Below, piece after piece: positions 10,128 to 21,474 of a stretch of 64,000 bases of DNA. The stretch lies in contig CAIRYW010000019.1 of NCBI GenBank assembly GCA_903882905.1, positions 1,406-65,405 of the forward strand. The letters are read 5' to 3'. The stretch comes from an uncultured bacterium (GTDB lineage Bacteria; Patescibacteriota; Minisyncoccia; Phycocordibacterales; CAIRYW01). The position numbers and the translations under genes were made by a program. Below the pieces are notes generated by a model. It was not told where the DNA came from. It worked only from the letters and a program-made list of their open reading frames with translations, and did no database searches. Numbering within the stretch: the first letter of the stretch is position 1; every line of letters starts with the position of its first letter.

Positions 10128-10496
10128 ATGAATAAACAAAAAGGTTTTACACTGATCGAACTTTTGGTTGTTATTGCAATCATTGGTATTTTGTCTGCAG
10201 TTGTTCTTACATCATTGACTGGAGCAAGAACGAAGGCTCAAACAGCAGCATATAAAGCAGAACTAGCTGGTTTGCAACCTGCATTGATTAGCGATTGTGA
10301 TACTGGAGCTTTAACAACTGGTGCTGGTGATTTAATTGCGAATGGTCAACATTCTCTTGGAACCGTAAGTGCTCAGACTTGTGCTACAAATGGAGGAACA
10401 TTTACTGTTGGTTTCACTGTCGGTACGGGTAAATCAGGAGGTACTTGTACAGCTGGCCAGATAACAGATTCTGCTGTAACGTTTACTGGTTGTTAA
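10128..10496 (+). CDS. Type IV pilin (probable major pilin)
   Basis: KG|FTLIELLVVIAIIGIL; has its own upstream TATAAT and a downstream terminator. Confidence 0.9.
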   Translation: MNKQKGFTLIELLVVIAIIGILSAVVLTSLTGARTKAQTAAYKAELAGLQPALISDCDTGALTTGAGDLIANGQHSLGTVSAQTCATNGGTFTVGFTVGTGKSGGTCTAGQITDSAVTFTGC

Positions 10497-10524
10497 AAGA
10501 AGATCTAAGACTCACTACATAAGT

Positions 10525-10563
10525 AAAAAAACAGAATTCCTTAATTGGAGTTCTGTTTTTTTT
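10525..10563 (+). terminator. Intrinsic terminator after the first pilin
   Basis: acagaattcc-ttaatt-ggagttctgt followed by a T-run. Confidence 0.75.
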
Positions 10564-10616
10564 GAGTTGATTATATTCCTAAAAAAGTTGTATAATCTAT
10601 ATATAAATATATTAAA

Positions 10617-11030
10617 ATGAATAAACAAAAAGGTTTTACACTTATCGAACTTTTGGTTGTTATCGCAATCATTGGTATTTTGTCTGCAGTTGTTCTTACA
10701 TCATTGACTAGTGCGAGAACAAAAGCAAGGAGGGGGGCTGCTATTTCGACTATGCAAGGTATTATGCATGAATTCTTAATTTGTGATATTGATGGTGGAT
10801 ATGGTCTAACAACTGCAATCACTGCTGGTACATCATATGTCTGTGTAAGTGCATCAGGAGGCACAACTGCCATGGCTGGTCATACAATCACTTGGCCAAG
10901 CATAGCAAACACTGGTTATGCTTATGCAACTCCTGCAGGTCTTCTTTCTGCTGGAACATATCAATATACTGCAACTATTTCTGGTGGACCCACAATTACA
11001 TGTACTCCCTCGACAAACGTCTGTAGTTAA
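10617..11030 (+). CDS. Type IV pilin
   Basis: KG|FTLIE class III signal; C-terminal Cys pair. Confidence 0.9.
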   Translation: MNKQKGFTLIELLVVIAIIGILSAVVLTSLTSARTKARRGAAISTMQGIMHEFLICDIDGGYGLTTAITAGTSYVCVSASGGTTAMAGHTITWPSIANTGYAYATPAGLLSAGTYQYTATISGGPTITCTPSTNVCS

Positions 11031-11120
11031 AATTGTCTGGATAAAATTTACAGTCCTATTAAAATAAAATAATTGTCCTCGATCACTATAATTAATATTT
11101 TTTCGTGTTAAAATATTTAC

Positions 11121-11486
11121 ATGAAAAAAGGTTTTACACTTATCGAACTTTTAGTTGTTATTGCAATAATTGGTATTTTGTCTTCTGTGGTTCTTACGTC
11201 TTTGAATGGTGCGAGAGACAAAGCAAAAATTTCTGCTTTCAAGTCTGAACTTTCTTCTCTTCAGTCTGGGTTGGTAAGTATTTGTGATTCTAGAGATATT
11301 GATGTTGCAACTGATACTCCAGCAATTGGTGCCCATAGCGCAGCTGATATTGCGAGTTTTGCACAAAGTTGTGCCGATGACACCGACCCGGTTTATACAT
11401 TTAGTGTTACATTCACTCCAACAAATGGTGCTGCCTGCACTGATGGGACTATCACTGATTCTACTACTACGTACACTGGTTGCTAA
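11121..11486 (+). CDS. Type IV pilin (paralog of 10128)
   Basis: MKKG|FTLIE; C-terminus TYTGC. Confidence 0.9.
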   Translation: MKKGFTLIELLVVIAIIGILSSVVLTSLNGARDKAKISAFKSELSSLQSGLVSICDSRDIDVATDTPAIGAHSAADIASFAQSCADDTDPVYTFSVTFTPTNGAACTDGTITDSTTTYTGC

Positions 11487-11536
11487 TAAAAATAGTTTTA
11501 TAGTACTTGTTGGTGATACTAAGTGATTTTCAAAAT

Positions 11537-12019
11537 ATGAAAAAAGGTTTTACCCAGCACCAAGTTTTCACAAAACAAGAGTTAATCAAGCGTAAGTTTT
11601 CTATTAGAAAACTTAGTGCTGGGTTTACACTTATCGAACTTTTAGTTGTTATTGCAATAATTGGTATTTTGTCTTCTGTGGTTCTTACGTCTCTAAGTGG
11701 GGCACAAGATAAAGCTAGAAAAGCTGCGGTGATTTCAAGCTTGCAGAGTATTATGCACGAACTTACAATGTGTGATATTGATGGTGGTTTTGGTAGAACG
11801 GAAAACCCTATAGTAGCTGGCGATTATATATGTGTCACTCCAAGTGGAACTGTTAATACTCCTATGACAAATCATACGGCTACTTGGCCAAACATTACAG
11901 GTATTGGTGGTACATATGGGAGTGCTAGGAATGCATTTTCAACTGGAACCTATTCTTATATAGCGACAGTTAATGGTGCAACCATAACTTGTACTTACTC
12001 AACCCAAGTTTGTAGTTAA
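11537..12019 (+). CDS. Type IV pilin (paralog of 10617) with a 25-codon insertion in the leader
   Basis: MKKGFT[QHQVF...KLSAGFT]LIELL; ATG 11537. Confidence 0.9.
   Translation: MKKGFTQHQVFTKQELIKRKFSIRKLSAGFTLIELLVVIAIIGILSSVVLTSLSGAQDKARKAAVISSLQSIMHELTMCDIDGGFGRTENPIVAGDYICVTPSGTVNTPMTNHTATWPNITGIGGTYGSARNAFSTGTYSYIATVNGATITCTYSTQVCS
11553..11623. mobile_element. CCCAGCAC-family MITE inserted in frame in a pilin leader, with TTTA target-site duplication
   Basis: 17-bp IR cccagcaccaagttttc / gaaaacttagtgctggg; TTTA at 11549-11552 and 11624-11627; the empty site is visible in paralog 11121. Confidence 0.85.
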
Positions 12020-12056
12020 AAACTTTTAGTATAGATAATTGTGTTAAAATGTTCTT

Positions 12057-12509
12057 ATGGAAAAAGGATTTTCATTAATGGAACTCATGGTTGCTGTTGC
12101 GGTCATCGGTATTTTGACTGCTGTGGTTATTCCTTCATATTTGTCTTCAAAAGCAAGGTCTAGAGATGCTATTCGTCTCGGAGACTTAAAGAGTATTTCT
12201 TTGGCTATACAAAATTCTTGGCAAGAAAGTGGTTATACAACTTGGCCACAAAGTTTATCCGATATTTCCTCATATTTTAATGGCGTAATACCCACTGATC
12301 CGTCTGATCATTCACAATATTTATATACTCCCTATAGTCTTGATAGGGCAACTCAGATTGGCAATGATCCAAGTACTCAGAAAAAAGATTTTTGTCTTGG
12401 AACGAAAATGGAAGTAATATCGGCAACAACTACTTGCAATATGCAGGATGCTTATGCCCAAGGTAAAAGTTATCCAACTGGTTACAATTATACTTATGTA
12501 GGGCCGTAG
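12057..12509 (+). CDS. Pilin/pseudopilin (GspG-like)
   Basis: KG|FSLMELMV, ARSRDAIRLGDL, IPTDP. Confidence 0.85.
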   Translation: MEKGFSLMELMVAVAVIGILTAVVIPSYLSSKARSRDAIRLGDLKSISLAIQNSWQESGYTTWPQSLSDISSYFNGVIPTDPSDHSQYLYTPYSLDRATQIGNDPSTQKKDFCLGTKMEVISATTTCNMQDAYAQGKSYPTGYNYTYVGP

Positions 12510-12534
12510 TTTTTCATTATGTTATAATTTACAT

Positions 12535-13356
12535 ATGTTTTATTATCTTTCAGCAGTAATTTTTGTTGTCGGTACGATTATTGGCAGTTTTCTTAATGTC
12601 GTCGCTCTTAGAATCAATACTGGTAAGGGCTTAATGGGTAGGTCTTTTTGCATGTCTTGTGGAAAGACAATAAAATCATATGATCTTTTTCCTATCTTGA
12701 GTTTTCTATCTCTGGGTGGAAAATCCCGTTGTTGCAAGACAAAAATTTCTTGGCAGTATCCTTTGGTTGAATTTATCACAGGACTAATTTTTCTTTCAGT
12801 TTTTTTAAAGTTTTATAGTCTTGCATACGTTCCAGTTTTGGTTCCAACTTTTTGGTATTTAGCTTTTTGTATTTTGATTGTTATCACGATTTATGATGTA
12901 AGACATCAGATTATTCCAGATTTTCTTTCATATACTTTTGCATTTTTATCTGTTTTATATTTTGTTGGAGATAAAAGTCTTACAAGTATTTTTTCTTATC
13001 CAGAAATTTTAAATTTTTTGGCTGGCCCAATTATTTTTGCTGTGTTCTCTTTGGTTTGGTTTGTTTCAAAAGGGAGATGGATTGGTTTTGGAGATGGAAA
13101 ACTAGCCCTTGGAATGGGGTTTGCATTAGGATTTTCAGAAGCTCTTTCGGCAATTGCTTTTGCCTTTTGGATCGGGGCAATCTGGAGTATTTTTATACTA
13201 CTTTTTCAAAAACTTGGTATTGCAAAAAGTAAATTTAATTTTAAGAGCGCTGTGCCGTTTGCACCATTTATGATTGCGGGATTTCTTTTGGCTTTTATTT
13301 TGAGCGCTGATGTTTTTAGTTTAAATATGTTAATTTTTGGCCCAGCACCTTTTTAA
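12535..13356 (+). CDS. pilD: Prepilin peptidase (A24)
   Basis: GSFLNV, RSFCMSC, YD...IIPD, GFGDGKL, VPFAPF. Confidence 0.92.
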   Translation: MFYYLSAVIFVVGTIIGSFLNVVALRINTGKGLMGRSFCMSCGKTIKSYDLFPILSFLSLGGKSRCCKTKISWQYPLVEFITGLIFLSVFLKFYSLAYVPVLVPTFWYLAFCILIVITIYDVRHQIIPDFLSYTFAFLSVLYFVGDKSLTSIFSYPEILNFLAGPIIFAVFSLVWFVSKGRWIGFGDGKLALGMGFALGFSEALSAIAFAFWIGAIWSIFILLFQKLGIAKSKFNFKSAVPFAPFMIAGFLLAFILSADVFSLNMLIFGPAPF

Positions 13357-13440
13357 TTTGTTAAAATCATGAGTTTAATTAAAATAATAAAAAAATATTT
13401 TTCAAAAAAAAATCTTAATGAAGTACAAAAAGGTGCTGGG
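13341..13440. mobile_element. CCCAGCAC-family element spanning the pilD stop and the next pilin's start and leader
   Basis: Perfect 14-bp IR cccagcaccttttt / aaaaaggtgctggg. Confidence 0.75.
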
Positions 13441-14076
13441 TTCACCCTCGTCGAAATGATGGTGGTCGTGGCTATTGTAATTGTCATGACTTCTATTTTG
13501 CTTTTGAAACAATCAAAGTTTTCAAGTGATATTTTGGTTACAAACGCTGCTTACGAAGTAGCCCTCTCAATCCGAGAAGCTCAAGTTTATGGTATTAGTT
13601 CCAAACAAACTTCCACAAATTTAAATGTTGGATATGGAATATATTTAGACAATTCATCCACAAATTCTTTTACTATTTATTCTGATGGCGGCTATTCTAG
13701 TAGTAATACATATAATTACACTTTTAATTACGGAGATACTGGCGAATCTTATGTTTCAATAGAAAATCCTCAACTTACACAAGGTCAGACAATAAAAAAA
13801 ATTTGCGTTGCTTCGACAATGAATAATATTAGTTGTTCTGATACTGATTCAACGCTCACAAAACTTAATATAGGTTTTATAAAGCCAAACCCTGAAGCTT
13901 TAATATATAAAAATGGTACTACTGGTACATCAAATAGGCTAAATGAAGCTTTTATAGTCGTTGCATCTGTTCTTGGAGATAAATGTAGAGTCGTCCGAAT
14001 AACTTCTATTGGACAAATATCAGTTGATACTCCTCGTCCTCTAGGTGACGAATGTACCGCTTTACCAACATTATGA
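13369..14076 (+). CDS. Minor pilin (FimT/GspH-like)
   Basis: KGAG|FTLVEMMVVVAI. Confidence 0.85.
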   Translation: MSLIKIIKKYFSKKNLNEVQKGAGFTLVEMMVVVAIVIVMTSILLLKQSKFSSDILVTNAAYEVALSIREAQVYGISSKQTSTNLNVGYGIYLDNSSTNSFTIYSDGGYSSSNTYNYTFNYGDTGESYVSIENPQLTQGQTIKKICVASTMNNISCSDTDSTLTKLNIGFIKPNPEALIYKNGTTGTSNRLNEAFIVVASVLGDKCRVVRITSIGQISVDTPRPLGDECTALPTL

Positions 14077-14639
14077 TAATAAAAAAAATAAAACAAAAAA
14101 ATATTGATGGTTTTACACTTATCGAATTAATGGTTTCTGTTAGTATTTTCGCTATTGTCGTTTTGGTTTCTATAACTGCAATCCTTGCAATTGTTGAAGC
14201 AAATAAAAAAGCTCAAGCTTTGGATGACGTAATAAACAATATGAATTTTAGTGTTGAAAGTATGGTAAGAGATTTAAGGACAGGCTATAACTATACTTGT
14301 TATATAAATGGAAGTTATGGAGCTTGTCCTTCTAATTCGGCAGTAAGCTCGATTACTTTTTTTTCTAGTATCTCTGGTTGTAATGTTACATATCATTTGG
14401 CTAGTAATGCGATTTATAAAAATATTTCATGTAACGGCGGAACTGACATGTCTCTTACTCCAAGTAATATTAATGTCAGTCGGTTTGATCTTTATGTTTC
14501 AAACCCTGCTTATGTTGCTCCTAATTACACACAACCAATTATTCTTATGGTTCTTCAAGCTAAAGCAAGTGTAGGAAAGCAATCAACTGAATTTGATTTG
14601 CAAACTTTAATTTCACAAAGGAGATTAAATATCCAATAA
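14073..14639 (+). CDS. Minor pilin (PilW/GspJ-like)
   Basis: DG|FTLIELMVSVSIF, MVRDLRTG; ATGA overlap with the previous gene. Confidence 0.85.
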   Translation: MIIKKIKQKNIDGFTLIELMVSVSIFAIVVLVSITAILAIVEANKKAQALDDVINNMNFSVESMVRDLRTGYNYTCYINGSYGACPSNSAVSSITFFSSISGCNVTYHLASNAIYKNISCNGGTDMSLTPSNINVSRFDLYVSNPAYVAPNYTQPIILMVLQAKASVGKQSTEFDLQTLISQRRLNIQ

Positions 14640-14645
14640 TATGAA

Positions 14646-14743
14646 CCCAGCACCTTTATCTTTTCAAAATCATGAACTTCATAAATAAAACAAAAAAATA
14701 TTTTTTAAAGAAAAATTTATACAAAGCACATAAAGGTGCTGGG
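14646..14743. mobile_element. CCCAGCAC-family element supplying the start codon and leader of a minor pilin
   Basis: cccagcacctttat / ataaaggtgctggg; interior homologous to 13341-13440. Confidence 0.75.
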
Positions 14744-15292
14744 TTCACATTAATTGAAACTATGGTTGCAATTACCATCCTTCTTGTAACTATTGTTGGA
14801 CCGATGGAGATCGCTTCGAAAGCTTTATTTTCTGCTTTTTATGCTAGAGATCAAATAACTGCATATTATTTAGCACAAGAGGGTATAGAGTCTTTAAGAA
14901 ACTTCAGAGATGTTTATTATTTAAATGGCTTTACTGGTTGGCCTTCTTTTGTGACAGATTGTTCATATGACGGGATAAGTAAGTATGGGTGTAAAGTTGG
15001 TGCTTCTAGTGGTGCGAATCCTGTTTATAGTGTATTAAAATGTACTGCTAAATGTGATACACCTAGTGATGCCCTATATTACAATAGTGGGAATGGTATA
15101 TATTCTTATATTACTGATTCTGGTAATACCAAATCAAAATATACTAGATTAGTGAAAGTTACCCCAGATGCAACAAATCCTAATGATGCCGCGCTCGTTG
15201 AATCGACAGTTTATTGGACAGGAAGTTATCTATCGAGCGGTACAAAATCTTTTACAATAAAAGAAATGCTTTATAACTGGCAGACGAAATAA
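14672..15292 (+). CDS. Minor pilin (PilV-like)
   Basis: KGAG|FTLIETMVAI, AYYLAQEGIE. Confidence 0.85.
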   Translation: MNFINKTKKYFLKKNLYKAHKGAGFTLIETMVAITILLVTIVGPMEIASKALFSAFYARDQITAYYLAQEGIESLRNFRDVYYLNGFTGWPSFVTDCSYDGISKYGCKVGASSGANPVYSVLKCTAKCDTPSDALYYNSGNGIYSYITDSGNTKSKYTRLVKVTPDATNPNDAALVESTVYWTGSYLSSGTKSFTIKEMLYNWQTK

Positions 15293-15301
15293 ATAAGAAT
15301 T

Positions 15302-15838
15302 ATGACAAAAGATTTAAGATTTAAGAATAAAAAAGAAAATGTAGGGTTTACACTCCTGTATGCCTCAATGATTGCAGGTCTTTTACTCGCTATTGGAGCA
15401 GCGATACTTAGTATTACTGTAAAACAAATTTCACTTTCTGCCGCTGGGAGAGAGTCGCAGTTTGCATTTTACAATGCAGATACAGGAACAGAATGTGCAG
15501 TTTATTGGTATAGAACGTCAAAAACCGGTATTTGTCCAGCTGGCCTTTTTCCACCAAAAAGTGATAGTACAAACGATCAGTCTTGCACTAATATAAGCTC
15601 AAATCCACCTAAATGTTTAGGATTGGCTTTGACTGACAAATATGGCGGGCAAATAACATCTTTTGCACAAACTGGGTTATATTCTTTTAGCATCACTTCT
15701 CAGGGTGCAAATAATATTTGCTTTGATGTAACAATTGACAAGAATACTGACCCAAGTAAAACTATAATAACCTCTAGAGGGTACAATACTTGTGATAAGG
15801 GGAACAGATTCGAGAGAGCAATTGAAGTTGATTTCTAG
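15302..15838 (+). CDS. Minor pilin (PilX-like, lacks Glu5)
   Basis: VG|FTLLYASMI, ESQFAFYNADTGTECA, IITSRG. Confidence 0.75.
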   Translation: MTKDLRFKNKKENVGFTLLYASMIAGLLLAIGAAILSITVKQISLSAAGRESQFAFYNADTGTECAVYWYRTSKTGICPAGLFPPKSDSTNDQSCTNISSNPPKCLGLALTDKYGGQITSFAQTGLYSFSITSQGANNICFDVTIDKNTDPSKTIITSRGYNTCDKGNRFERAIEVDF

Positions 15839-15849
15839 AACTGATTTAA

Positions 15850-17889
<2,040 letters not shown>

Positions 17890-17912
17890 CCTTTATTTGC
17901 TATACTCATTCC

Positions 17913-18191
17913 ATGATTTCTAAAGATGATATTAAAAAATTGGCTACCTTGTCTCGGCTCCAAATATCGGATTCTGAGCTTGAAAGTGTCTCAAAAGAGA
18001 TAGGTTCAATTCTTGAATATGTTGGAACTATTAATTCTGCTATTGCAGGTGAAGAAGAAAATTCTCCAGAGATTTATAACAATTTGCGGGAAGATGAAAA
18101 CCCAAATGACACAGGGGCACAAACCGAGACCCTTTTGTCATCAGCACCAAAGAGAGAAGAGAATTTTGTAAAAGTAAAACAAGTAATGTAA
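17913..18191 (+). CDS. gatC: Asp/Glu-tRNA amidotransferase subunit C
   Basis: IKKLATLSRL, LRED, AP..E..FVKV; directly upstream of gatA. Confidence 0.9.
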   Translation: MISKDDIKKLATLSRLQISDSELESVSKEIGSILEYVGTINSAIAGEEENSPEIYNNLREDENPNDTGAQTETLLSSAPKREENFVKVKQVM

Positions 18192-19603
18192 TGGATTTAA
18201 AAACTCTTACAATAAAACAAGCACGTAAAGATCTAGATGCTAAAAAATACACAGCTGTTGATTTAGTATCCGCATATCTTGAGGCGATCAAAGAAAAAAA
18301 TTCAAATCTAAATGCATATCTAGAAGTTTATAATGACGTCATTGCTCAAGCGGAAGCAGCTGATAAAAGAATCCAGAATGGTGAAAAAGGCGAACTTTTA
18401 GGAATACCTCTTGCGCTCAAAGATAATATTTTAGTTAAAGGCAGAATTGCATCTGCAGCATCAAAAATTTTAGAAAATTATGTCGCAACATATGATGCAA
18501 CCGCTATAGAGAAACTCAAAAAAAGCGGAGCTATTTTCTTAGGAAGATGCAATATGGACGAATTTGCTATGGGAGGTTCAACCGAAAATTCTGCATTTGG
18601 CCCAACAAAAAACCCTTATGATACTTCACGTGTGGCAGGAGGCTCTTCTGGTGGCTCAATAGCTACAGTAGCCTCAGATATAGCTCTTGGCGCCCTAGGA
18701 TCTGATACAGGGGGTTCTATTAGGCAACCAGCAGCCTTTTGTGGGGTAGTAGGAATGAAGCCGTCTTATGGAAGAGTTTCTCGTTATGGTCTTATGGCTA
18801 TGGGATCTTCTTTGGATCAAATTGGACCTGTAGCAAAAACGATTGAAGACGCAGAAATTATTTTTAAAGTTATAGAAGGGAAAGATAATTTTGATTCAAC
18901 TTCGAAAGAGTCTCCAATCGAAAAAAGACAAAATAAAAAAATAATTGGAGTGCCTAGAAAAATTCTAGAAGAGAAGGGAATTTCCGAAGAAGTCTTGAAA
19001 AATTTTAACGAATCAATTGAAAAATTTAAATCTGCTGGATATGAAATCCTAGACATAGAACTTCCAAGAATTTCATATTCTCTTTCAGTTTATTATATTT
19101 TGATGCCGGCAGAAGTTTCCTCAAACATGGCACGTTTTGATGGTGTTAAATTTGGAACTCTTGCTGAGGGAGAAACTTTGACTGAGGATTATATGAAAAC
19201 TAGAGGTACACTTTTGGGTAAAGAAGTCAGAAGGAGAATTTTGCTTGGGACATATGTTTTGTCGGCTGGATATTATGATGCTTATTATGGAAAAGCTACA
19301 AAAGTGAGATCCTTGATAAAAAAAGATTTTGATGAAGCCTTTAAAAAAGTTGATGCAGTCTTGATGCCTGTCTCTCCAACGCCAGCTTTTAAAATTGGTG
19401 AAAAAACATCGGATCCAATAGAAATGTATTTGGCAGACATTTTTACAGTGACGGCAAATTTAATCGGAACGCCAGCTATATCAATTCCTTCTGGGTTTAC
19501 TACGGGCGAATTACCACTACCTCTAGCAATTCAATTAATTGCTCCTTATATGCAAGACGAAATTCTTTTTGAAATTGGAAAAGATTTTGAAAAGTTGAAA
19601 TAG
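18191..19603 (+). CDS. gatA: Asp/Glu-tRNA amidotransferase subunit A
   Basis: KDNI, NMDEFAMG, GGSSGGS, GSDTGGSIRQPA. Confidence 0.97.
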   Translation: MDLKTLTIKQARKDLDAKKYTAVDLVSAYLEAIKEKNSNLNAYLEVYNDVIAQAEAADKRIQNGEKGELLGIPLALKDNILVKGRIASAASKILENYVATYDATAIEKLKKSGAIFLGRCNMDEFAMGGSTENSAFGPTKNPYDTSRVAGGSSGGSIATVASDIALGALGSDTGGSIRQPAAFCGVVGMKPSYGRVSRYGLMAMGSSLDQIGPVAKTIEDAEIIFKVIEGKDNFDSTSKESPIEKRQNKKIIGVPRKILEEKGISEEVLKNFNESIEKFKSAGYEILDIELPRISYSLSVYYILMPAEVSSNMARFDGVKFGTLAEGETLTEDYMKTRGTLLGKEVRRRILLGTYVLSAGYYDAYYGKATKVRSLIKKDFDEAFKKVDAVLMPVSPTPAFKIGEKTSDPIEMYLADIFTVTANLIGTPAISIPSGFTTGELPLPLAIQLIAPYMQDEILFEIGKDFEKLK

Positions 19604-19769
19604 TTTACCCTTTAAAGTTTTTACCTATACTAGTTTTTCTACTGAAAAACTAGCTAAAAATTGCTTTTTAAGATTATCGAGTGTGATAGAATTTATATAT
19701 GTTCAGTTTATAGTTTTGTGCAAAATTAGCTAAGCAATTTTTAATAGGTAAAAATTTTCTAGGGTATAT

Positions 19770-20456
19770 ATGGCAGACGCACATAAAGAAGAATCACATA
19801 GTAGCGGAAGTACTGAAGGAGCTGGAGGGGCCTTAGATGCTTTATTTTGGTTACTTTTTGTTTTGGTTGTTTTAATGATTCTAGGAGCATTTTTCAAGAT
19901 GTTTGGAGTAGATTTTTCTACATTCCCAAGTATTTCATCCGTATTTGAGTTAATCTTTAATAAGATTCAAGTCTTTTCAGTCTTTTTATCTTTAGTGTTT
20001 TTTTCTGCTTCAATTTATTTTAGCGTAAAAGTTACAGAGCTTTTTCATGGAGCGCACAGTCATGGACATGATCACGGAGGACATGAACATCACAAGGACG
20101 AAGGAGAACAAGTTCATGATTTAAATATCCAAAATCATGGGCCAAATAAAAAATGGTTGAAGATTGAAGAAAAAATGAATTCTCAGAATGAGCAGGATTG
20201 GAGGATTGCAATTGTTGATGCGGATATAATTCTTGAAGAAATGCTTGGACGCATGGGTTATGTTGGAGAGGGGATTGCAGAAAAATTAAAGCAAGTTGAT
20301 AAAGCTGATTTTAAAACAATCCAAAATGCTTGGAATGCACACAAACTTAGAAACAGAATTGCCCACGAAGGAAGTAATTTCCACCTATCTAGAACAGAGG
20401 CTGAAATAGCGATTGATGATTTCAAAAAAGTTTTCGAAGAGTTCTACTTTATTTAA
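19770..20456 (+). CDS. Membrane protein with His-rich linker and C-terminal HEPN-like domain
   Basis: Two TM segments, HGAHSHGHDHGGHEHH, RNRIAH (Rx4H). Confidence 0.6.
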   Translation: MADAHKEESHSSGSTEGAGGALDALFWLLFVLVVLMILGAFFKMFGVDFSTFPSISSVFELIFNKIQVFSVFLSLVFFSASIYFSVKVTELFHGAHSHGHDHGGHEHHKDEGEQVHDLNIQNHGPNKKWLKIEEKMNSQNEQDWRIAIVDADIILEEMLGRMGYVGEGIAEKLKQVDKADFKTIQNAWNAHKLRNRIAHEGSNFHLSRTEAEIAIDDFKKVFEEFYFI

Positions 20457-20458
20457 TG

Positions 20459-20531
20459 TGTCGGAGGTGGGGATCGAACCCACGACCCCAGGCTTATGAG
20501 TCCTGTGCTCTACCGACTGAGCTACCCCGAC
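20459..20531 (-). tRNA. tRNA with CAT anticodon (elongator Met or Ile2)
   Basis: Full cloverleaf gtcgggg...ct CAT aa...ttcgatc...ctccgac a; CCA not encoded. Confidence 0.9.
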
Positions 20532-20628
20532 AAATTCTCAATTTGTTATTTATACTACAAACCGGTATTTAAATAAAGATTTGACTTGAAATAGCTTTAA
20601 AATAAGAGTAAGATACTTGAACTTATAT

Positions 20629-20699
20629 AGCGGGATGGAGGAGTAGTACCTCGTCAGGCTCATAACCTGAAGACATCGGTGCAAGTCCGGTTCCCGCAA
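20629..20699 (+). tRNA. Initiator tRNA-fMet(CAT)
   Basis: 1:72 mismatch, gcggga/tcccgc acceptor stem, tcagg-ctcataa-cctga; T-loop TGCAAGT. Confidence 0.85.
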
Positions 20700-20784
20700 C
20701 ACGTAATACAATTTAAGCTTTCTTTTCTATTTTTTTTCTAAATATAGGTTAGCATAATTTCCTGTCACGGTATATAATTATATT

Positions 20785-21474
20785 GTGCCAATATATAAGG
20801 AAGTAAACAAAAAATTTTTCAAAAAATGGAATCCTGAGATGGCTTACGTTTTGGGTTTTTTTGCTGCTGATGGATATATAACGATAAATAAAAGAGGTGG
20901 TCATTTTTGGTCGATTCAAATTACAGATGAAGATTTACTTAATAATATAAGAAGAGTTATTAGATCAAATCATAAAATCAGTTCAAGAAAAAAAATCGGT
21001 AATAAGAAAATTAGTTATAGATTACAAATAGGAAGTATGGAAATGTGTGAGGATTTGTCCCAATTAGGATTTAGCGAAAGAAAAACGAAAAATCTTTCTA
21101 TCCCAAATGTTCCTGAAAAGTATTTCAAAGATTTTGTTAGGGGATATTTTGATGGAGATGGGAATGTTTGGGTTGGTTACACGCATAAAAAAAGTAAAAA
21201 TCCGCTTAATGTTGTTAGAACAGTCTTTACTTCTTGTGCTTTAGAGTTTCTTAGCACTTTAGGAAAAAGACTTGAAAAATTTTCAATATACAAAGGTGTA
21301 GTTAGTAAAGGAAAGGGAAATTACTACAGACTTACGTATAGTGTTCACGGTTCTTTAAAATTATATGATTTTATGTATAATGGTCTAAAATCAGATTTAT
21401 TTCTTAATAGAAAGAAAATGGTTTTTGATAGGTTTATCGAAAGTAGAAGAGTTGCGGCTGTAGCTCAACGGTAG
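20785..21474 (+). CDS. Free-standing double-motif LAGLIDADG homing endonuclease
   Basis: AYVLGFFAADG and FVRGYFDGDG; GTG start 6 nt after TATAAT; stop codon lies within tRNA-Asp. Confidence 0.85.
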   Translation: MPIYKEVNKKFFKKWNPEMAYVLGFFAADGYITINKRGGHFWSIQITDEDLLNNIRRVIRSNHKISSRKKIGNKKISYRLQIGSMEMCEDLSQLGFSERKTKNLSIPNVPEKYFKDFVRGYFDGDGNVWVGYTHKKSKNPLNVVRTVFTSCALEFLSTLGKRLEKFSIYKGVVSKGKGNYYRLTYSVHGSLKLYDFMYNGLKSDLFLNRKKMVFDRFIESRRVAAVAQR

